NCBI GenBank assembly: GCA_003485765.1
Contig: DNHS01000011.1
Location: 9,929-73,928, forward strand
Source: Candidatus Omnitrophota bacterium
Lineage (GTDB): Bacteria > Omnitrophota > Gorgyraeia > Gorgyraeales > Gorgyraeaceae
Direction: 5' to 3'
DNA: 64,000 nt
A program made the translations under genes and the position numbers. Shown here in pieces: positions 9,720 through 18,666 of the stretch (position 1 is the first letter of the stretch; each line of letters begins with the position of its first letter). The notes below the pieces were generated by a model. It saw nothing but the letters and a program-made list of their open reading frames with translations. It made no database searches and was not told the origin of the DNA.

Positions 9720-10253
9720 ATGAATATTCAAGATGGTTGGGAAAAAGCTTTAAAACATACTAAAATAATAAGGCCGAGGCCTAAGGATCTCCTGACCTTT
9801 GAGGCTACAGAGGTGCCGTATATATTTTTATCTGAATCTCTGGTCAATCTGGGAGATACTGTGGTTAGGAAAGGCCAGGTAATGGTTGAAAAGCCCGCTA
9901 TAATACTTCCCTCTAACCTGCCTCAATTCGAAGGGTTTGATTTTGAAAAGGAATTTCATTCAGGACAGGATATGATTTTGAATTTTCTCCTTGTCCGAGG
10001 GGTTACTTTTCCATCCTTAAAATATAATAATAAAACCTATTCGCTTGATATTTATGAAGGCCACCTCGAAAAGGCGATCGGATATTATTCCGATAAATTA
10101 CAGCGGGGAGAAGATGTTACTAACGGCCTGGTGGTAGGGCCTGAAGACTCCTGGCAGTTTTCCGTCCTGATTTTTATAGCTACCCAGATTATGCGATCAG
10201 CAGACGGTGATATAAGAAGGCTACTAGAACGGTTCAGAAAAGAACAAGGTTAA
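9720..10253 (+). CDS. Hypothetical protein (177 aa); no recognisable motif.
   Basis: Clean ORF with coding-like composition; no domain recognised by eye. Confidence 0.4.
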   Translation: MNIQDGWEKALKHTKIIRPRPKDLLTFEATEVPYIFLSESLVNLGDTVVRKGQVMVEKPAIILPSNLPQFEGFDFEKEFHSGQDMILNFLLVRGVTFPSLKYNNKTYSLDIYEGHLEKAIGYYSDKLQRGEDVTNGLVVGPEDSWQFSVLIFIATQIMRSADGDIRRLLERFRKEQG

Positions 10254-10284
10254 TCTGCCATGAATTCCTTGACGACTATACATC

Positions 10285-11313
10285 TTGGATAAAAAAGATA
10301 TAAAGAATCTTGCTTTGGAAGAATTTAAGCAAGAATTGGAAAAGATTTCAGAGCCTTCATACAGGGCTGAGCAGATATTTTCCTGGATTTATAAAAAGGG
10401 CATAGAAGATTTTGATGCCATGGATAATCTGCCGAAATCATTCAGGAATAAATTAGCCCAATCCTTTTATATAGGCGCAATAAAACCCTTGAAGCGCCTC
10501 AAGTCTATTGACGGAACTGAAAAAGTTTTGTTTGAGCTTAGCGATGGTAATCTGATAGAAACAGTGCTGATATGTTCAGGTAAAAGAAAAACAGCGTGCC
10601 TTTCAACTCAGGCAGGCTGTAAGTATGCTTGCGCATTTTGCGCAAGCGGCATGAATGGTTTTAAAAGAAATCTGAGCGTATCAGAGATATTAAGCCAGAT
10701 ATTATACCTTGCGTATAGTCTGAAACATGGGATGACAAATTTTGTGTTTATGGGCATGGGTGAGCCCTTTGATAATTATGAAAATGTATCCAGGGCTGTA
10801 AGAATGATGAATTCTCCTAAGGCAATGGGTATAGCAGCCAGAAGAATTACTGTTTCAACATCCGGTATCATACCAGGCATAGAGAAATTTAAAGAATTGG
10901 GCTTACAGGTTAATTTGTCAATATCGCTTCATGCTGCAAATAGCGGCCTGAGGGATAAATTAATGAGTGTTAATAAAAAATATTCTCTTGAGGAGCTTTT
11001 AAAGGCTTGCGAAAATTACATAAGTAATGACGGTAGGATGCTCACGCTTGAATATATGGTGCTTAAGGATATAAATGATTCGCAAAAAGATATAGATGAT
11101 CTGGCAAAAATAGCAAGGAGGTTAAAAGCAAAAGTCAATATTATACCTTATAGCAATATACCTGGTTTAGAATTTAAATCTCCTTTGAAAAAAGATATAG
11201 AAATTTTCAAGAGCAATCTTCTTAAAAAAGGCATCAATGTAATAGTAAGAGAATCTAAAGGTAAAGATATTATGGCTGCCTGCGGCCAGCTCGCAGGAAC
11301 CTTAACAAGTTGA
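10285..11313 (+). CDS. rlmN: 23S rRNA (A2503-C2) / tRNA (A37-C2) methyltransferase RlmN, radical SAM; TTG start.
   Basis: Radical SAM CxxxCxxC reads CKYACAFCASG. The N-terminal helical domain and the C-terminal conserved Cys (MAACGQL) are present. The only in-frame start after the upstream stop is the TTG at 10285. Confidence 0.8.
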   Translation: MDKKDIKNLALEEFKQELEKISEPSYRAEQIFSWIYKKGIEDFDAMDNLPKSFRNKLAQSFYIGAIKPLKRLKSIDGTEKVLFELSDGNLIETVLICSGKRKTACLSTQAGCKYACAFCASGMNGFKRNLSVSEILSQILYLAYSLKHGMTNFVFMGMGEPFDNYENVSRAVRMMNSPKAMGIAARRITVSTSGIIPGIEKFKELGLQVNLSISLHAANSGLRDKLMSVNKKYSLEELLKACENYISNDGRMLTLEYMVLKDINDSQKDIDDLAKIARRLKAKVNIIPYSNIPGLEFKSPLKKDIEIFKSNLLKKGINVIVRESKGKDIMAACGQLAGTLTS

Positions 11314-11341
11314 CACTTTTGTCATTGTCAAAAGTGTCAAC
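11309..11341. repeat. Palindromic intergenic element, copy 3 (arms GTTGACACTTTTG / CAAAAGTGTCAAC, core TCATTGT).
   Basis: Perfect 13-bp inverted arms overlapping the rlmN stop. Confidence 0.75.
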
Positions 11342-11359
11342 TTTGATGAGAGTGAGTGT

Positions 11360-12058
11360 ATGAAGGATTCGTGTATGGCGAAACAAGGTATTAAAAAATG
11401 GCCCAAGGACGAAAGGCCCAGGGAAAAGCTTTTTAAATATGGCGAGCATACGCTTACAAATGCAGAGCTTTTGGCAATAGTATTCCGCACAGGCGTGAAA
11501 GGCATAAGCGCAGTAGATCTAGGCAGGCAGGTGGTAGAGCATTTTAAGACTTTTAGAAATATGAGCCACACTAATATTTCTGAGATGAGAAGTTTTAAAG
11601 GTTTAGGGGATGCAAAGATCTCGCAGTTAAGAGCTAGTTTTGAAATAGCAAGGAGGTTTCTGTCTGAACCTAAAGACATATCCAAGGCAATAAAGTCTCC
11701 AAAAGACGCAGTTAAACTTTTTATGCCAAGGTTAAGAGATATTAAAAAAGAGATATTTCAGATATTGCTGTTAAATAGTAAAAATAATATAATAGATATT
11801 ATTGAAATAGAAGAAGGGACTGTTGACCAGGCCAGCCCGCAGATCAGGGAGATAGCTTTAAAAACGCTTCAGAATTTTGCAACAGGCATAATCGCGGTGC
11901 ATAACCACCCTTCAGGAGATCCTGAACCCAGTAAAGAAGATATAATGTTTACTAAAAGTCTTACAACAGCCTGCAGGGTCCTTGAGATAAATGTTATGGA
12001 CCATATAATAATAGGAGATAATAAGCATTATAGCTTTGCAGAGCATAAGCAGCTTTAG
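11360..12058 (+). CDS. radC: RadC-like JAB-domain protein (UPF0758 family).
   Basis: N-terminal helix-hairpin-helix-like DERPREKL...LTNAELLAIV and JAMM motif HNHPSGDPEPSKEDI. The true start may be the ATG at 11375. Confidence 0.75.
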   Translation: MKDSCMAKQGIKKWPKDERPREKLFKYGEHTLTNAELLAIVFRTGVKGISAVDLGRQVVEHFKTFRNMSHTNISEMRSFKGLGDAKISQLRASFEIARRFLSEPKDISKAIKSPKDAVKLFMPRLRDIKKEIFQILLLNSKNNIIDIIEIEEGTVDQASPQIREIALKTLQNFATGIIAVHNHPSGDPEPSKEDIMFTKSLTTACRVLEINVMDHIIIGDNKHYSFAEHKQL

Positions 12059-12070
12059 AACGAAACAGAT

Positions 12071-12147
12071 GCGCCCGTAGCTCAGATGGATAGAGCGACT
12101 GGCTTCGAACCAGTAGGCTGGGTGTTCGATCCACCCCGGGCGCGCCA
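12071..12147 (+). tRNA. tRNA-Arg (anticodon TCG)
   Basis: Cloverleaf folded by hand: acceptor GCGCCCG/CGGGCGC, anticodon loop CTTCGAA, T-loop TTCGATC, encoded CCA. Confidence 0.85.
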
Positions 12148-12174
12148 AATTCGCTTCGCAAATTTTGAAAATTA

Positions 12175-12203
12175 TTGACGAATTTTTTAACCTGTGATAT
12201 CAT
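12175..12203 (+). promoter_or_regulatory. Sigma-70-like promoter (TTGACG, 17 bp spacer, TATCAT) driving the downstream tRNA array.
   Basis: -35 at 12175-12180 and -10 at 12198-12203, about 26 nt upstream of tRNA-Lys. Confidence 0.5.
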
Positions 12204-12229
12204 CTAGACTTAACGTCTGGATTAATTAC

Positions 12230-12305
12230 GCCCCCATAGCTCAGCTGGTAGAGCACCTGACTCTTAATCAGGGCGTCACAGGTTCGAACCCTGTTGGGGG
12301 TACCA
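12230..12305 (+). tRNA. tRNA-Lys (anticodon CTT)
   Basis: Acceptor GCCCCCA/TGGGGGT, anticodon loop CTCTTAA, T-loop TTCGAAC, CCA encoded. Confidence 0.85.
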
Positions 12306-12360
12306 TGAACCGGAGCGGAAAAAGGTAGCAGTAAAACGGATAGCTTAGCGACTGGTACAA

Positions 12361-12445
12361 GGGCGGATGGCGGAACTGGCAAACGCGTACGGCTTAGGAC
12401 CGTATGGAGCAATCCTTGGAGGTTCAACTCCTCTTCCGCCTACCA
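12361..12445 (+). tRNA. tRNA-Leu (anticodon TAG), class II with long variable arm.
   Basis: Acceptor GGGCGGA/TCCGCCT (G1-U72), D-arm GCG-GAACTGGCAAA-CGC, anticodon loop CTTAGGA, 13-nt variable arm, T-arm GGAGG-TTCAACT-CCTCT, CCA encoded. Confidence 0.8.
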
Positions 12446-12451
12446 TGAATT

Positions 12452-12961
12452 ATGATAAATGTTATAGATAAAATCGCAATAATGAATAAAGCTCGTGCAA
12501 AATATAGAATTGAACATGATATAGAAATTAAAGAGCAAGCAGAAAAATCTTTTGAACAGTATAAAAATGATCCACTTTTTATTGCGGGTATAATGCTTTA
12601 TTGGGCGGAGGGAAAAACTGCAGAGAAAAAAGCTTATTGTCTGGAATTGAATAATTCTGATCCTGAATTGTTAAAATTGTACTGCCGATTCCTACACAAA
12701 TATCTCAATATAGCAGAGGGTAGAATTAGAGCTAGACTGTTTCTATATCCGGATTTAAATGAGAATAATATTAAATTATATTGGTCGGAGTTATTGAATA
12801 TTCCATTAAATCAGTTTATTAAGTCCTATATAGCAGATAGCCGTAGTTCTGTTACAAAGAATAAATTGCAGTATGGGACATGCAGTGTATATATTACAAG
12901 TAAAGATTTGCGTTCTATAATGGCGGTTTGGATAGAGAAGTTCGCCAGTCTCTATTCTTAA
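12452..12961 (+). CDS. Hypothetical 169-aa protein encoded inside the tRNA array between tRNA-Leu and tRNA-Gly; strongly AT-rich.
   Basis: Clean ORF starting 6 nt after the tRNA-Leu CCA and ending 19 nt before tRNA-Gly. Its GC is clearly below that of its neighbours. No recognised motif. Confidence 0.4.
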   Translation: MINVIDKIAIMNKARAKYRIEHDIEIKEQAEKSFEQYKNDPLFIAGIMLYWAEGKTAEKKAYCLELNNSDPELLKLYCRFLHKYLNIAEGRIRARLFLYPDLNENNIKLYWSELLNIPLNQFIKSYIADSRSSVTKNKLQYGTCSVYITSKDLRSIMAVWIEKFASLYS

Positions 12962-12980
12962 AGATTAGCGTTTGAATTTC

Positions 12981-13056
<76 letters not shown>

Positions 13057-13095
13057 AATTTCATCAGTTAAACCTTTTAAAGGAGGAAATGGTGT

Positions 13096-13566
13096 ATGCG
13101 TATTCTAGATTTTTTGAATGAAAAGGCAGTATCATCGGATTTAAAGTCCAAGGATAAAAATAGCGTCATAAAAGAGCTTGCGGATCTATTGATCAAGTCG
13201 GGCCAATTGAAGCCCAAAGACAGAGACCCTGTTGTAAAAGTTCTTTTAAACAGAGAAGCGCTTGGTTCAACCGGCATTGGCCAAGGCATTGCTATACCTC
13301 ATGGAAAATGCGAATATGTGAGTGAACTCATAGGCGCTTTTGGAGTGTCTAAAAGCGGCATAAAGTTTGACTCACTGGATGGAGAGCCAGCCTATATATT
13401 TTTCTTGTTGTTGGCTCCTATAGAATCTTCAGGGCCGCACCTCAAAGCGCTGGCGCGCATCTCAAAATTATTAAAAGATAAATATTTCAGGGATTCGTTA
13501 AAAAGCGCAGATAGCGAAAAAACCCTGGTTAAGATTATAAAAGAGGAAGATATTAGAAGGGTATAG
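13096..13566 (+). CDS. ptsN: PTS EIIA-type-2 protein, nitrogen-regulatory PtsN (EIIA-Ntr)-like.
   Basis: Mannitol/fructose EIIA fold with phosphorylatable His in GIAIPHGK. RBS AAGGAGG. Followed by yvcK, ptsH and ptsI. Confidence 0.6.
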   Translation: MRILDFLNEKAVSSDLKSKDKNSVIKELADLLIKSGQLKPKDRDPVVKVLLNREALGSTGIGQGIAIPHGKCEYVSELIGAFGVSKSGIKFDSLDGEPAYIFFLLLAPIESSGPHLKALARISKLLKDKYFRDSLKSADSEKTLVKIIKEEDIRRV

Positions 13567-13573
13567 GTTAGAT

Positions 13574-14818
13574 ATGAAAAGATTGAAATGGTTGTATCCA
13601 GGAATGAAAATAAAACGCTGGATATTTATTTCCTCTACAGGTGTTTTATTGGTTGCGATAGGATCTATTATACTCATACTCAAAAGATTTCCTGGTTCAA
13701 AGATTATTGGCAGCGCTGTTGTAATCCTGGGCGCATTGATAGTTATATATGGCATGAAGAGGATGATAAAATCATTCATTGCAGTTTTTCTTCCTAAGAG
13801 AGAAAGAGAACTTGTAGATATTATGTATCATTACCGCCAGCTTGAAAAAGGGCCAAAGGTAGTGGTTATAGGAGGAGGGACAGGCCTTTCAACCATTCTT
13901 CATGGTTTAAAAGAGCAGACAAGCAATATTACAGCGATAGTGACTGTTGCAGATGATGGCGGGTCTTCCGGAAGACTGAGAGAGCAGTTTGGCATACTTC
14001 CGCCAGGAGATATAAGAAACTGCCTTGTTGCGCTTGCGGATGCAGAACCTTTGATGCGCGAGTTGTTTCAGTTCAGGTTTGGGAGCGAGTCAGAACTAAG
14101 CGGGCATAGCTTCGGAAATCTATTTATAACCGCGATGTGCAAGGTTACAGGAGATTTCGAAAAAGCAATAAAAGAATCCTCTAAAGTCCTTGCAATAAGA
14201 GGCAGGGTTATCCCTTCTACATTTGACAAGGTTAAGCTTGTGGCAGAATACCGTAACGGGCAGAAGACAGTAGGCGAGACAAAGATAGCAAAACAGAATT
14301 CTCCTATACAAAAAATATATTTAGACCCTGAGCATTGCAAAGCTAGCTCAGAATCATTTGAGGCAATAGCTGAGGCAGACATAATAGTCCTTGGGCCCGG
14401 CAGTTTATACACAAGCGTTATACCAAACCTCCTGGTGGATGGCATAGCTGAGAAGATTGCTCAGTCCAAGGCGCCTAAGGTCTATATCTGCAATGTGATG
14501 ACGCAGTCCGGCGAAACAGATAATTATACAGCATTTGACCACTTGAACGCTCTTATAACTCATACGCGGCCTGATATACTTAGTTATTGTATTGTAAACA
14601 TAGGGAAGGTGCCTAAAGAACTTCTTAAGAAATACGAAGAAGAAGGCGCTTATCCTGTTTTAGCTGACTCAGATAAAATTATAGAGAACGGTTATAACGT
14701 AATAGAAGGCGATGTGGTAAATGCTCAAAATCATGTAAGGCATGATGCCAAAAAACTCTCAAAGGTTATTATAGACCTTACTCTTAAGACAAAAGGCAAA
14801 AAGATATCCATTGATTAG
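13574..14818 (+). CDS. YvcK/UPF0052 (CofD-like, gluconeogenesis factor) family protein with an N-terminal roughly 80-aa two-TM extension.
   Basis: VVVIGGGTGLSTILHGLK...AIVTVADDGGSSGRLR motifs. The N-terminal hydrophobic segments may mark a later true start near 13790. Confidence 0.7.
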   Translation: MKRLKWLYPGMKIKRWIFISSTGVLLVAIGSIILILKRFPGSKIIGSAVVILGALIVIYGMKRMIKSFIAVFLPKRERELVDIMYHYRQLEKGPKVVVIGGGTGLSTILHGLKEQTSNITAIVTVADDGGSSGRLREQFGILPPGDIRNCLVALADAEPLMRELFQFRFGSESELSGHSFGNLFITAMCKVTGDFEKAIKESSKVLAIRGRVIPSTFDKVKLVAEYRNGQKTVGETKIAKQNSPIQKIYLDPEHCKASSESFEAIAEADIIVLGPGSLYTSVIPNLLVDGIAEKIAQSKAPKVYICNVMTQSGETDNYTAFDHLNALITHTRPDILSYCIVNIGKVPKELLKKYEEEGAYPVLADSDKIIENGYNVIEGDVVNAQNHVRHDAKKLSKVIIDLTLKTKGKKISID

Positions 14819-14829
14819 GTGAATCCGAC

Positions 14830-15093
14830 ATGTTAATAGAAAAAAAAATAACCATTAAGAATGAACAGGGGCTTCATGCCAGGCCTGCGGCAATATTTGT
14901 GCAGATAGCCAATAAATACGAAAGCGATATTGCTGTAAAAAAAGGCAGGCAGGAAGTGAACGGAAAATCCATAATGGGGCTATTGACTCTTGCGGCAGAA
15001 AAAGGCGCTAAGCTTCATATCAAAGTAAATGGCCCTGATGCAAAAGAGGCAATCGAGGAACTTGAAAAGATAATACTGGGAGAAATGTCATAA
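14830..15093 (+). CDS. ptsH: Phosphocarrier protein HPr
   Basis: 87 aa, active-site His in GLHARPAA, regulatory Ser region GKSIMGL. Confidence 0.85.
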   Translation: MLIEKKITIKNEQGLHARPAAIFVQIANKYESDIAVKKGRQEVNGKSIMGLLTLAAEKGAKLHIKVNGPDAKEAIEELEKIILGEMS

Positions 15094-16844
15094 TGTTATT
15101 AAAAGGCATACCGGCTTCGCCTGGAATAGCCGCAGGCAAAGCATTTTTATTTGATACAAGGCAGCTTATAGTAACTGAAAGGGATATCAAACAGGATACT
15201 GTCCCTTCCGAAATTATCCGCTTTGAAGAAGCTCTTATAAAGACGCGTTCCGAGATACTCGCTATACAGAAAAAGATTTCACGCGAAATGGGCGCCCAAC
15301 ACGCAGAGATATTTAACGCTCATTTGCTGGTCATGGAAGACAGGATGTTGATAGAGGAGGTTATAGAAGGCCTTAAAAAAGAACGTAAATGCGTGGAATA
15401 TATATTTTCAAAGGTTATAAGTAAATATATAAACGTCTTTTCAAAAATGAATGATGAATATCTGAAAGAAAGGACCAGCGACATAGAAGATGTAGGCAAA
15501 AGGATTTTAAAAAATCTTATAGGAGTTCAGGAAAAGACCCTTAGCGACCTGAAGGAGCAGGTAATAGTGGTTGCGTATGATATTTCTCCGTCTGACACCG
15601 CTAATATGCATAAAAAGAATGTCATGGGATTTGTCACTGATATAGGCGGCAGGACCTCGCATACTGCAATTATGGCAAAGTCTTTGGAAATCCCTGCTGT
15701 AGTGGGCCTTGAAAATGCGACAACTAAAATAAGGCCAGGGGATATCCTGATTGTGGATGGGACAGATGGGATGGTGATAGTAAATCCGGATAAGGTAACC
15801 CTTAAAAAATATGAGGCAAAACAGCAGAAATTTGTAAAGTTTGAAAAAACGCTTTTAGATTTTAAAGATACGCCTGCTGTCACTATTGATGGCCACAAAG
15901 TGGAGGTTTCGGCAAATATCGAATTGCCGGATGACGTCAGCTCTGTTATTGCGCATGGAGCAGAAGGTATAGGGCTATACCGCACGGAATTTCTTTATAT
16001 GAATAGAAATGATTCTCCTGACGAGGAAGAGCAATTTGAGGCATATAAAAAAGTAGCTGTCAAGCTTGCTGAAAGCCCTGTTATTATACGCACGCTGGAT
16101 ATTGGAGGAGATAAATTTTTATCCCAGCTCAAGGTCCCGCACGAGATGAATCCATTCATGGGATGGAGGGCTATAAGATTCTGCCTTGCAAGGCCGGAGG
16201 TGTTTAAGGTGCAGTTAAGGGCGATACTGCGCGCAAGCGTATTCGGAAATATCAAGATTATGTTTCCCATGATATCTGGCCTTGGAGAGCTCAGGCAGGC
16301 GATAAAAGTTTTAGAAGAAGCAAAAGAGGATCTGAGAAATAAGTCGATTAATTTTAACCAGGATATAGAAGTAGGGGCAATGATAGAGATACCATCAGCT
16401 GCTTTAACCTGCGATCTTCTTGCCAAAGAAGTGGATTTTTTTAGCATAGGGACCAATGACCTTATACAATATTCTCTGGCAGTAGATAGGGCTAATGAAA
16501 AGATAGCTTATTTATATAAGCCTACTCACCCGGCTGTATTAAGGCTTATAAAAAATATTATAGATTCAGGTCATAAAGAAAATATATGGGTAGGCATGTG
16601 CGGAGAAATGGCAGCAGAGCCTGGGTTTGTCCTTATACTCCTGGGGATGGGGCTGGACGAATTTAGCATGAGCCCTGTGGTAATTCCTGAGGTGAAATAC
16701 GTTATCAGCAATGTGAGATTTGAAGACGCCAGAAAAGTCGCAGAAAAGGCATTAAGTTTGTCTACGGGCGAAGAGATAGAGGCCTTTACAAATAAACGAC
16801 TGAACGAGCTTATTCCATGGCTCAAGAAGACTAAAAAACAATAA
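15093..16844 (+). CDS. ptsI: Phosphoenolpyruvate-protein phosphotransferase (PTS Enzyme I)
   Basis: 583 aa with the phosphohistidine domain (GGRTSHTAIMAK) and the PEP-utilising TIM-barrel (MCGEMA...). Overlaps the ptsH stop. Confidence 0.85.
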   Translation: MLLKGIPASPGIAAGKAFLFDTRQLIVTERDIKQDTVPSEIIRFEEALIKTRSEILAIQKKISREMGAQHAEIFNAHLLVMEDRMLIEEVIEGLKKERKCVEYIFSKVISKYINVFSKMNDEYLKERTSDIEDVGKRILKNLIGVQEKTLSDLKEQVIVVAYDISPSDTANMHKKNVMGFVTDIGGRTSHTAIMAKSLEIPAVVGLENATTKIRPGDILIVDGTDGMVIVNPDKVTLKKYEAKQQKFVKFEKTLLDFKDTPAVTIDGHKVEVSANIELPDDVSSVIAHGAEGIGLYRTEFLYMNRNDSPDEEEQFEAYKKVAVKLAESPVIIRTLDIGGDKFLSQLKVPHEMNPFMGWRAIRFCLARPEVFKVQLRAILRASVFGNIKIMFPMISGLGELRQAIKVLEEAKEDLRNKSINFNQDIEVGAMIEIPSAALTCDLLAKEVDFFSIGTNDLIQYSLAVDRANEKIAYLYKPTHPAVLRLIKNIIDSGHKENIWVGMCGEMAAEPGFVLILLGMGLDEFSMSPVVIPEVKYVISNVRFEDARKVAEKALSLSTGEEIEAFTNKRLNELIPWLKKTKKQ

Positions 16845-16856
16845 AAAATCTTTAGT

Positions 16857-17918
16857 ATGAATAAACTGGACAATTTGGAATTCATAAAAAAACTGGACTG
16901 TTCGAATATGCTGAAATTTATTTCAGACTTGCCTGAACAATGCCGCGATGCATACGCAATTGGAAAATCCATCAATATAAATAAACCCGCAGTGAATAAT
17001 ATAGTATTTGCAGGCGTGGGAGGGTCTGGCATAGGGCCTGACATGGTAAGGGTTTACCTGGGTGATGAGCTCAAGATACCTGTATCAATATGCCGCAATT
17101 ATACCTTGCCTGATTTTGTGGGAGAGAGAACGATTTTATTCTGTTCAAGCTATTCTGGCAATACTGAAGAGACACTTTCTTGTTTTAAACAGGGCCTTAA
17201 AAGAAATGCTTTTATAATTACAATGGGTTCAGGCGGCAGATTAAAAGAGCTGTCTTCAAAAAACAGCAGTACTCATATATCAATTCCTCCGGGATACCCT
17301 CCCAGGACAGCTATTGGCTACATGTCTATAACAGTGCTTGGTGTTTTAGTAAAGCTTGGGCTCATAAAAGATAAAGAAAATGATGTAAAAGAACTTTTTT
17401 CTATACTTACCGATGTCAGAGATAAAGAAATAGGTTTTAGCGTCTCTATGGAAAAAAATATTTCCAAACAAATAGCTGTTAAACTCTATAAAAAGTATCC
17501 CATAATATATGGCACGGCTGATACCACAGAAGCTGTAAGCAATAGATGGAGAGAGCAGATCGCAGAAAACGGAAAGGCGCTTTCATCCAGCAATACGCTG
17601 CCTGAAATGAATCACAACGAGATAGTCGGCTGGAGGTTTCCAGAAAACCTTCTTAAAGATTTCAAGGCCATAATACTTTACGATAAAGATGATCATGAAA
17701 GAACAAAGGAACGCGTAAGAATTACCAGCGAGATTATAAAAAAATCAGGTGTAGAGGTTATGGTATTGAAAAAAGATAATGGCGGAAGGCTTGCGAGGAT
17801 ATACTCTCTTTTATATATAGGAGATTTTGTGAGTTTTTATCTGGCCATTCTTAATAATATTGACCCAACCCCGGTAGAGACAATAGATTATCTGAAAAAA
17901 GAACTAGGAAAGATATGA
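16857..17918 (+). CDS. Bifunctional phosphoglucose/phosphomannose isomerase (SIS-domain, archaeal-type PGI/PMI).
   Basis: SIS motif VFAGVGGSGIGPD and overall PGI/PMI-family pattern. Confidence 0.6.
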   Translation: MNKLDNLEFIKKLDCSNMLKFISDLPEQCRDAYAIGKSININKPAVNNIVFAGVGGSGIGPDMVRVYLGDELKIPVSICRNYTLPDFVGERTILFCSSYSGNTEETLSCFKQGLKRNAFIITMGSGGRLKELSSKNSSTHISIPPGYPPRTAIGYMSITVLGVLVKLGLIKDKENDVKELFSILTDVRDKEIGFSVSMEKNISKQIAVKLYKKYPIIYGTADTTEAVSNRWREQIAENGKALSSSNTLPEMNHNEIVGWRFPENLLKDFKAIILYDKDDHERTKERVRITSEIIKKSGVEVMVLKKDNGGRLARIYSLLYIGDFVSFYLAILNNIDPTPVETIDYLKKELGKI

Positions 17919-18664
17919 AGGTTTTATTATTAGCCGCAGGGTATGCTACAAGGCTGTATCCATTGACATTAAATACTCCAAAGCCGCTTCTTGAAGTAGC
18001 TGGCAAAACTGTCATGGGATATATATTTGATCTCATTGAGCCTTTGAAAGAAGTGGATGAGGTTTTTATTGCAACAAATAAGAAATTCTACCAGAATTTT
18101 GAGGACTGGAAACAAAATTTTTCAAGTTCAAAGAAAATAACAGTTATAGATGACGGCACAACCTCTAATGAGACCAGGCTCGGGGCCACTGGGGACATAG
18201 AGTTTGTCATAGAAAAAGAAAATATATCGGATGATTTGCTGGTTCTTGCAGGAGATAATCTTTTCAAGGCAGACCTTTCTATATTTACAAATTTTTGCAT
18301 ATCGAAAAAGCCTTCTATTACAATAGGCCTTTATGATATAAAAGACTTGATTCTTGCGGCCAGTTACGGTATAGTATCCATTGATAAAAATAATAAGATC
18401 ATTGATTTTAAGGAAAAGCCTGCCAATCCAGCCTCTACTCTTGCGGCAATGTGTCTTTATTTTTTCCCAAAGGAAAGATTGGGCATAATGACGAGATACA
18501 TGGGAATGGATAATGCGAAAGATGCGCCAGGTTATTTTCTGGAATGGCTTTATAAAAGAGAATCGGTATTTGGTTACGTGTTTAAAGATAAAAAGTGGTT
18601 TGACATAGGAGATAAAAAATCATTAGAAGAAGCTGATAAGGAACTCAGAAAGGAGAAGGAGTAA
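17915..18664 (+). CDS. Sugar-phosphate nucleotidyltransferase (NTP_transferase family, likely mannose-1-phosphate guanylyl/thymidylyl-type).
   Basis: N-terminal [15 protein letters not shown]...PKPLL signature. Overlaps the PGI/PMI stop by 4 nt. Confidence 0.6.
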   Translation: MKVLLLAAGYATRLYPLTLNTPKPLLEVAGKTVMGYIFDLIEPLKEVDEVFIATNKKFYQNFEDWKQNFSSSKKITVIDDGTTSNETRLGATGDIEFVIEKENISDDLLVLAGDNLFKADLSIFTNFCISKKPSITIGLYDIKDLILAASYGIVSIDKNNKIIDFKEKPANPASTLAAMCLYFFPKERLGIMTRYMGMDNAKDAPGYFLEWLYKRESVFGYVFKDKKWFDIGDKKSLEEADKELRKEKE

Positions 18665-18666
18665 AA

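Noticed and set aside
12306-12360. Possible additional tRNA or small RNA in the spacer between tRNA-Lys and tRNA-Leu
   Set aside because: No acceptor/T-arm pairing could be built. The region looks like an ordinary processing spacer.
12200-12427. 75-aa and 69-aa minus-strand ORFs overlapping the tRNA genes
   Set aside because: They overlap three well-folded tRNAs on the opposite strand and are spurious.
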